Below are positions 36,531 to 41,632 of a stretch of DNA of 41,632 bases, piece by piece (within the stretch, counting starts at the first letter, position 1; each line of letters opens with the position of its first letter). This stretch comes from a virus. Its lineage: Duplodnaviria > Heunggongvirae > Uroviricota > Caudoviricetes. The DNA lies in IMG/VR virus record IMGVR_UViG_2579778554_000004. One strand, written 5' to 3'. The notes under the pieces were generated by a model. It searched no databases. It was not told the DNA's origin and saw nothing but the letters and a program-made list of their open reading frames with translations. The position numbers were made by a program, and so were the translations under genes.

Positions 36531-36607
36531 TTACCTAATGGGTAATTTTTTTAACTCATATCTATTGACATCAAACCAAATACGCATAATTATTACCTCA
36601 ACGGTAA
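36531..36607 (+). promoter_or_regulatory. Early promoter region for the recombination operon: TTGACA -35 (36565-36570) flanked by two operator palindromes
   Basis: Palindromes 36531-36545 and 36593-36607; AT-rich -10 candidates 36585-36593; GAGGT RBS follows. Confidence 0.55.
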
Positions 36608-36626
36608 CAGACCGAGGTAACAAGTT

Positions 36627-36779
36627 ATGCAGTGGAAAATCATCAACGGTTGGTACTGCGTTACTGCATGCGGATTCATGAGCTGGAAGTTCCGCACCTT
36701 ACAGGAAGGCATTAAGTGGGCTTTCGTCAGCAAAGAAGCTCGCGATGTGGCCAACGATAACGAGATATGGGAGGGCTGA
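36627..36779 (+). CDS. Hypothetical small protein (50 aa), first ORF of the recombination operon
   Basis: GAGGT RBS 7 nt upstream of ATG; below the ORF-track length threshold. Confidence 0.35.
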   Translation: MQWKIINGWYCVTACGFMSWKFRTLQEGIKWAFVSKEARDVANDNEIWEG

Positions 36780-36781
36780 TA

Positions 36782-37081
36782 ATGAACGTTAATCAGCAGA
36801 AAAATCTTCAAAAAATCATGCTGGCATTCGACAAGGACTACCGCCTGTCAGAACAGCTATATGACCGACAAGTTGAACTGATCGAGAGCATCCGGCTTCA
36901 TCAACTGGCCTCAACTTTCGACGCTGTAACAGGTAAAGGCGTTCGCCAGGAAGTACTGGAGGCCGCTAAAGACAGTCCAGAGTTCGAAGAACTGATGGAT
37001 TCCTACCGGCGAGAGGCAATGGCAATTATCGCCCGCTGGGATCTGGCTGATCAGCTTGATGGGCAGAGGGACGCGGCATGA
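36782..37081 (+). CDS. Hypothetical protein
   Basis: ATG 36782 two nt after upstream stop; stop overlaps exonuclease start. Confidence 0.55.
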   Translation: MNVNQQKNLQKIMLAFDKDYRLSEQLYDRQVELIESIRLHQLASTFDAVTGKGVRQEVLEAAKDSPEFEELMDSYRREAMAIIARWDLADQLDGQRDAA

Positions 37082-37899
37082 AACCGGGAATTTATTTCGA
37101 CATCAGCAACGAAGACTACCACGCCGGTGACGGCGTGAGTAAGTCGCAACTGGACATGGTTGCCAAGAATCCGGCGCTTCTTAAATGGGTTCAGGCAGCA
37201 CCAGAAGACGAAGAGAAAAAGTCTGCACTGGATATGGGAACCGCATTGCACTGTCTGCTTCTGGAGCCTGGAGAGTTCGACAAACGCTTCATTGTTTCAC
37301 CGAAATTCGAACGTCGGACGAAACAAGGTAAAGCTGACGAAGAGGCATTTCTTCGTGATATTGCGGATATGGGGATTTCGGTACTTGATGCAGAGCAGTG
37401 GCGGAAACTGGAGCTGATGCGTGATAGCGCAATGGCTCACCCGGCGGCACGCTGGATGTTGGAAGCACCTGGTTACTGCGAAGCATCAATGTACTGGAAC
37501 GATGAAGAGACGGGGGAGTTGTGCCGAATTCGTCCAGACAAATGGCTGAACGAGCACAACGTGATCGTCGACGTGAAAAAGGTTGCAGATATGGACCGTT
37601 TTGCACGCCACATCGAGGAATTCCGCTACCACGTGCAGGACGCAATGTACCGCGAAGGCGCAATGAGGGTTACTGGTCAGCCGCATGGTTTTTTCTTTCT
37701 TGCCGTGAGCGAAAGCATTGATTGTGGTCGGTATCCGGTACGCGTGTTCGAGCTGGATGCGCAGGATGTCGATGCCGGGCACGCTCTGTTCCGCCGGGAT
37801 CTGAATACCTATCACGAATGCCGCATCAATGATGAATGGGGCGGTGTGGAAATCATTAAACGCCCTGAGTGGGCACGCAAACAGGATATGTACATATGA
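37078..37899 (+). CDS. Putative recombination exonuclease, PD-(D/E)XK superfamily
   Basis: IRPD...IVDVKKV motif consistent with PD-(D/E)XK; paired with RecT-like gene. Confidence 0.7.
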   Translation: MKPGIYFDISNEDYHAGDGVSKSQLDMVAKNPALLKWVQAAPEDEEKKSALDMGTALHCLLLEPGEFDKRFIVSPKFERRTKQGKADEEAFLRDIADMGISVLDAEQWRKLELMRDSAMAHPAARWMLEAPGYCEASMYWNDEETGELCRIRPDKWLNEHNVIVDVKKVADMDRFARHIEEFRYHVQDAMYREGAMRVTGQPHGFFFLAVSESIDCGRYPVRVFELDAQDVDAGHALFRRDLNTYHECRINDEWGGVEIIKRPEWARKQDMYI

Positions 37900-38837
37900 G
37901 CAACGACATCGCAAACATCAACGCACCAGTAGACACAGCAATCGCTGGAACTGCTGCAACTATTTTCAGCCCAGACGGCTTGAACCAACTGATGAAATTC
38001 GCCGAGGTAATGGCGCAAAGCCGCGTAACGGTACCGGCGCACCTCGCCGGGAAACCAGCTGATTGCATGGCCGTGGCAATGCAGGCTGCGCAGTGGGGAA
38101 TGAACCCGTTTGCCGTGGCTCAGAAAACCCATGTTGTGAACGGCACGCTAGGTTATGAAGCCCAATTAGTAAACGCAGTTATCTCAACGATGTCGCCAAC
38201 AAAAGATCGCATCAACTACGAGTGGTTCGGGCCGTGGGAACGCGTGATCGGTAAGTTTGTTGAGAAAACATCCAAAAACGGCAATCCATATATCGCACCA
38301 GGCTGGACTCTAAAAGACGAAGAAGGCTGCGGTGTTCGCGTATGGGCAACCATGAAGGGCGAGGATCAACCTCGAGTGCTTGAGTTAATGCTGTCTCAAG
38401 CACAGGTAAGAAACTCCACACTTTGGGCCAGTGATCCGAAACAACAACTCGCATACCTTGCGACAAAACGCTGGTCTCGCTTGCACTGTCCTGACGTAAT
38501 CATGGGCGTCTACACCCCTGACGAATTACAGGAAACGGCACCGCGCGTTGAGCGAGACATTACTCCGCAAACGACCACTGCTGCGGGAATGAACAGTCTG
38601 ATCAACGCTAAACCAGTGAAAAAGCCTGATGAGCAAACGCGTAAAGCGGATAGCCGTGATCCAGAAGAAATGCTGATGGCCTTTACCAGCGCAGCGATGA
38701 ATTACAGCACTGTCTCCGAACTGGATAAGGCTTACAAATACATTGAACAGAAACTTTCAGATGATGACGAACTGCTGGCAAAAGCCACCGACGTTTACAG
38801 CGTTCGTCGGGAAGAATTAAACGAAACATCTATGTAA
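37896..38837 (+). CDS. RecT/Bet-family single-strand annealing recombinase
   Basis: AAQWGMNPF motif comparable to lambda Bet QYGLNPW; ATGA overlap with exonuclease stop. Confidence 0.75.
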   Translation: MSNDIANINAPVDTAIAGTAATIFSPDGLNQLMKFAEVMAQSRVTVPAHLAGKPADCMAVAMQAAQWGMNPFAVAQKTHVVNGTLGYEAQLVNAVISTMSPTKDRINYEWFGPWERVIGKFVEKTSKNGNPYIAPGWTLKDEEGCGVRVWATMKGEDQPRVLELMLSQAQVRNSTLWASDPKQQLAYLATKRWSRLHCPDVIMGVYTPDELQETAPRVERDITPQTTTAAGMNSLINAKPVKKPDEQTRKADSRDPEEMLMAFTSAAMNYSTVSELDKAYKYIEQKLSDDDELLAKATDVYSVRREELNETSM

Positions 38838-38886
38838 CCACCACCGCGGCGCCACGCGCGCCGCACTGCAACCAAGAGAGGTATTT

Positions 38887-39135
38887 ATGAAAGGTGCATT
38901 AGGTAAGAAGGAACTCCTGGCGGTGGTGCCACTGTCATGGAGCACTATCGACCGTATGGAGCGCGCAGGGGAATTTCCTAAACGCTGGTATATCACTGAC
39001 AAACGCTGCGCATGGAACCGTGACGAAGTTGAGCGTTGGCTTGATGAACGTCAGGCAGCAAGCCCGGCAGAGTTCCAGGGTAAAAAGCCTCCTGTTCAGC
39101 AACGTGTATATCGTCCTGTGAGCAACGCTGCATGA
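38887..39135 (+). CDS. Excisionase/AlpA-family DNA-binding protein
   Basis: Small HTH protein with LSWSTIDRMERAGEFPKRWYI motif; int-proximal. Confidence 0.7.
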   Translation: MKGALGKKELLAVVPLSWSTIDRMERAGEFPKRWYITDKRCAWNRDEVERWLDERQAASPAEFQGKKPPVQQRVYRPVSNAA

Positions 39136-39244
39136 GTGCGCTGCTAAGGCACTGGAGCAAATGGTCAGGATGGTACTTATTCCTGGCCTCTGTTTCAGCA
39201 TGGCTTTATCTGCTGGCATTAATTTTCAGAGAGGGTTGGATTAA

Positions 39245-39544
39245 GTGAGAAAGTTAAGCCGACTTGAAAAATATCACATGAACAAGGTTTCAATGCGCCG
39301 TCCTTCAAAGGTTATCGCCGTTACTCCTGCGGCGATAGAGTTCGAAAAACGCGCGATTGAAAGAGAGAAAAAAGGGCAGTTCCGCATTGCCGCCCACCTT
39401 TGGCTTCAGTGTATGGATGTTGCTTCTGGTGATGTTGAGCGTGCAAGGATCGCGGTTCGCAGGGACCAATGTATCACAAAAGGTAACGGCCTTCGCCGTG
39501 GAGACTATAGCGGTATAGGATGTTGCGGGGTGGTTTATGACTAA
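39245..39544 (+). CDS. Hypothetical protein (start uncertain, possibly ATG 39278)
   Basis: ORF between xis and methyltransferase; stop overlaps MTase start. Confidence 0.4.
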   Translation: MRKLSRLEKYHMNKVSMRRPSKVIAVTPAAIEFEKRAIEREKKGQFRIAAHLWLQCMDVASGDVERARIAVRRDQCITKGNGLRRGDYSGIGCCGVVYD

Positions 39545-40187
39545 GAAATACACGCTAATCTATGCAGATCCACCATGGGTATACCGGGACAAAGCCGCAG
39601 ATGGTAATCGCGGTGCCGGTTTTAAATATCCAGTTATGAGTGTGCTGGATATCTGCCGCCTTCCTGTGTGGGATTTGGCCGCTGAAAACTGTCTGTTGGC
39701 CATGTGGTGGGTGCCAACACAACCACTCGAAGCACTAAAAGTTGTTGAAGCCTGGGGATTTCGTCTTATGACCATGAAGGGCTTCACGTGGATAAAATGT
39801 GGTAGTCGACAACCAGATAAACTGGTTATGGGTATGGGACACATGACTCGCGCCAATAGTGAAGATTGCCTGTTTGCGGTAAAGGGAAAACTACCTCCGC
39901 GCATTAATGCAGGGATCGTTCAGTCATTTACCGCACCGCGGCTTGAGCACTCAAGAAAACCAGATGTCGTTCGTGAAAAACTTGTGCAATTGTTAGGCGA
40001 TGTTTCTCGCATTGAACTGTTCGCCCGCCAGTCGTCTCATGGCTTCGATGTTTGGGGTAATCAGTGCGAAGACTCGGCAGTGCAACTACACCCTGGATAC
40101 GCGTTGGATATTGGCGGATTAACAAATGCATTCAGCAATTCTCCGCTGTCACCAACAGACAACCAGGGGCGGGAGCGTGCTGCATGA
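39537..40187 (+). CDS. DNA N6-adenine methyltransferase, MT-A70-like (orphan)
   Basis: DPPW catalytic motif in LIYADPPWVY; no adjacent restriction endonuclease gene. Confidence 0.8.
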   Translation: MTKKYTLIYADPPWVYRDKAADGNRGAGFKYPVMSVLDICRLPVWDLAAENCLLAMWWVPTQPLEALKVVEAWGFRLMTMKGFTWIKCGSRQPDKLVMGMGHMTRANSEDCLFAVKGKLPPRINAGIVQSFTAPRLEHSRKPDVVREKLVQLLGDVSRIELFARQSSHGFDVWGNQCEDSAVQLHPGYALDIGGLTNAFSNSPLSPTDNQGRERAA

Positions 40188-40378
40188 ACATGGCATCACC
40201 AGCAGATTTAAGAAAATGCCTTGAAACTGCAAACATGCTTGCACACAGCGGGATCAGGTTTGTTCCAATTCCCGCTGTCACTGATGCTGAATTTGCAACA
40301 CTGTCAGCAATATTCGAAAACAAAATTGAATCACTGGCAGCAGAAGCAGAGATGGAAGAAAATCAGCAGAACTATTAA
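40182..40378 (+). CDS. Hypothetical small acidic protein
   Basis: ATG overlapping MTase stop; 65 aa. Confidence 0.4.
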
Positions 40379-40381
40379 ACG

Positions 40382-41632
40382 TTATTCCCCCGCCATCCAC
40401 TTCTCAAACTTCGACGGGGAGAACGGAATCAGATCCGTATGCTCCCCGTTAATCCAGGAATCAATCATATCGGCCCACTGCTGCAACATGTAGGCGCGCT
40501 GTCTGGCGTATTCCGCTTTGTTATATACGGCGCGCACACCTTTCTGCTCATGTGCCAGAGCCTTTTCAATCCAGTCTGAAGGATAACCAGCCTCATGCAA
40601 CAACGTACTGGCTGTACGGCGCATATCGTGTACGGTGAAGCCCTGAATATGCTCACCATCTTCATTTATTATTTTCACCGTTCTGTCGATCAGAGAGTTC
40701 AGCGCGGCATTAGATAATGGCTTCCGGAAATTGTAACGACCAGGAACCAGATATTCACTTCCACCAGCGCACATCTGCAACCCAACCAATATATCCTGTG
40801 CCTGTTTAGGCAGGTAAATAACGTGCGCCCGGCTTCCCTTCATGCGGTCTGAAGGAATTGTCCATGTCCATTTTTTAAAATCTATTTCATCCCACGTTGC
40901 ATTGGTGAATTCGCCTTTACGAACCATAGTGATAAGCACCAGCTTTAAAGCCATTTTCATAGTGCCCATAGCACCAATGGCATCCAGCGTGCGGAAGAAC
41001 AGACCAATTTCTTCTGGTGTCAGTGTTCGCTCTCGTGGTTTAAATATGGCGATAGACGAAGGTTTAATGTCAGCCGCAGGATTAAACAAACCATGACCAC
41101 GGTCATTGGCATGACGGTATACGCTGCTGATGATCTCCCTGGCCTGCACTGCTGTTGCCCGGCCGCCGCGTTCGACAATCCGGTCACACAAATCACGAAC
41201 CATCGATGTGGTAATTTCAGTCATCATTTTGTTGCCAAGAACCGGAAGTATGTCACGGTCGATCACCACCTGCTTCATTGCGCGGGTACTGTCAGCTAGG
41301 ATGACATGTTTCATATAACTGTCGGTATGTACCGCAAACGTCTCGGCACCACGAATCTTTTTGATACCGTCACGTTTAGCCGCAGCCGGTGACTGGCCTG
41401 CTTTAAGCAGCTTCTTTGCAGCAATCAGTTCTTCTCGCGCTTCTGCCAGGCTGATACCGTCACGCCCATACTGCCCGATTACCAGTGTTTCGCGGCGACC
41501 GTTGATACGGTAGTCATAGCGAAACGAGACCGTGCCTGACGTAAGCACAGCTACATACAGCCCGTCACGATCGGAGACCTTGTACAGTTTGTCCTGCGGC
41601 TTGAGGTTTTTTAATTTTGTATCGGTAAGCAC
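40382..41632 (-). CDS. Tyrosine integrase (P4-type N-terminal arm-binding domain), 5'-partial at window edge
   Basis: N-terminal LTDTKLKNLKPQDKLYKVSDRDGLYV pattern; C-terminal catalytic region with HxxR-like and Tyr motifs; reading frame begins at last base of window. Confidence 0.9.
   Translation of the reverse strand: MLTDTKLKNLKPQDKLYKVSDRDGLYVAVLTSGTVSFRYDYRINGRRETLVIGQYGRDGISLAEAREELIAAKKLLKAGQSPAAAKRDGIKKIRGAETFAVHTDSYMKHVILADSTRAMKQVVIDRDILPVLGNKMMTEITTSMVRDLCDRIVERGGRATAVQAREIISSVYRHANDRGHGLFNPAADIKPSSIAIFKPRERTLTPEEIGLFFRTLDAIGAMGTMKMALKLVLITMVRKGEFTNATWDEIDFKKWTWTIPSDRMKGSRAHVIYLPKQAQDILVGLQMCAGGSEYLVPGRYNFRKPLSNAALNSLIDRTVKIINEDGEHIQGFTVHDMRRTASTLLHEAGYPSDWIEKALAHEQKGVRAVYNKAEYARQRAYMLQQWADMIDSWINGEHTDLIPFSPSKFEKWMAGE

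Larger units (their letters stand above)
1144..41632. mobile_element. Integrated temperate phage with T7-like structural gene order and lambdoid early region; left junction lies somewhere in 1072-1265, right end beyond the window
   Basis: Contiguous lysis, tailspike, ejection, tail tube, capsid, portal, terminase, replication, immunity, recombination and integrase genes; integrase truncated at window edge. Confidence 0.8.

Noticed and set aside
1-41632. CRISPR arrays, IS elements or transposases, known toxin-antitoxin or restriction-modification pairs
   Set aside because: No short direct-repeat/spacer arrays, no transposase-like ORFs with terminal inverted repeats, and no endonuclease partner for the methyltransferase were seen.

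Overview
The window is almost entirely one integrated temperate phage (about 1.14 kb to beyond the right edge), with two probable host genes at the far left. Read right to left, the minus-strand late operon has a T7-like structural gene order (terminase small and large, portal, scaffold, 330-aa major capsid, tail tube A/B-like, four internal virion proteins of 154/188/915/1129 aa, an 820-aa tailspike, then holins, a GH19 endolysin and Rz/Rz1). The right third is lambdoid: a tandem-HTH repressor diverging from a Cro-like gene, lambda P-like and O-like replication genes, a nin-like block, and a plus-strand operon with a PD-(D/E)XK exonuclease, RecT/Bet recombinase, AlpA-type Xis, an MT-A70-like adenine methyltransferase and a 5'-partial tyrosine integrase. 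An epsilon15/phiV10-like assignment is tentative, from memory of the capsid and tailspike N-terminus. The most interesting part is the accessory region between the ejection-protein genes and the tailspike (5.6-10.85 kb): a near-consensus LexA box upstream of a small gene, two antirepressor-like genes that share a near-identical C-terminal domain and a duplicated ~285-nt structured leader with compensatory substitutions, an orphan 210-aa gene bracketed by inverted repeats, and AT-rich secreted/membrane genes coupled to the late operon. A 15-bp palindrome TTACC-N5-GGTAA occurs 13 times at intergenic positions, three of them between the repressor and Cro-like genes, and is a candidate operator network. 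A tRNA-Arg(UCU) plus a 140-aa orphan gene is inserted between portal and terminase. No CRISPR array, IS element or recognisable known defence system was seen; all functional calls are by eye without database searches.
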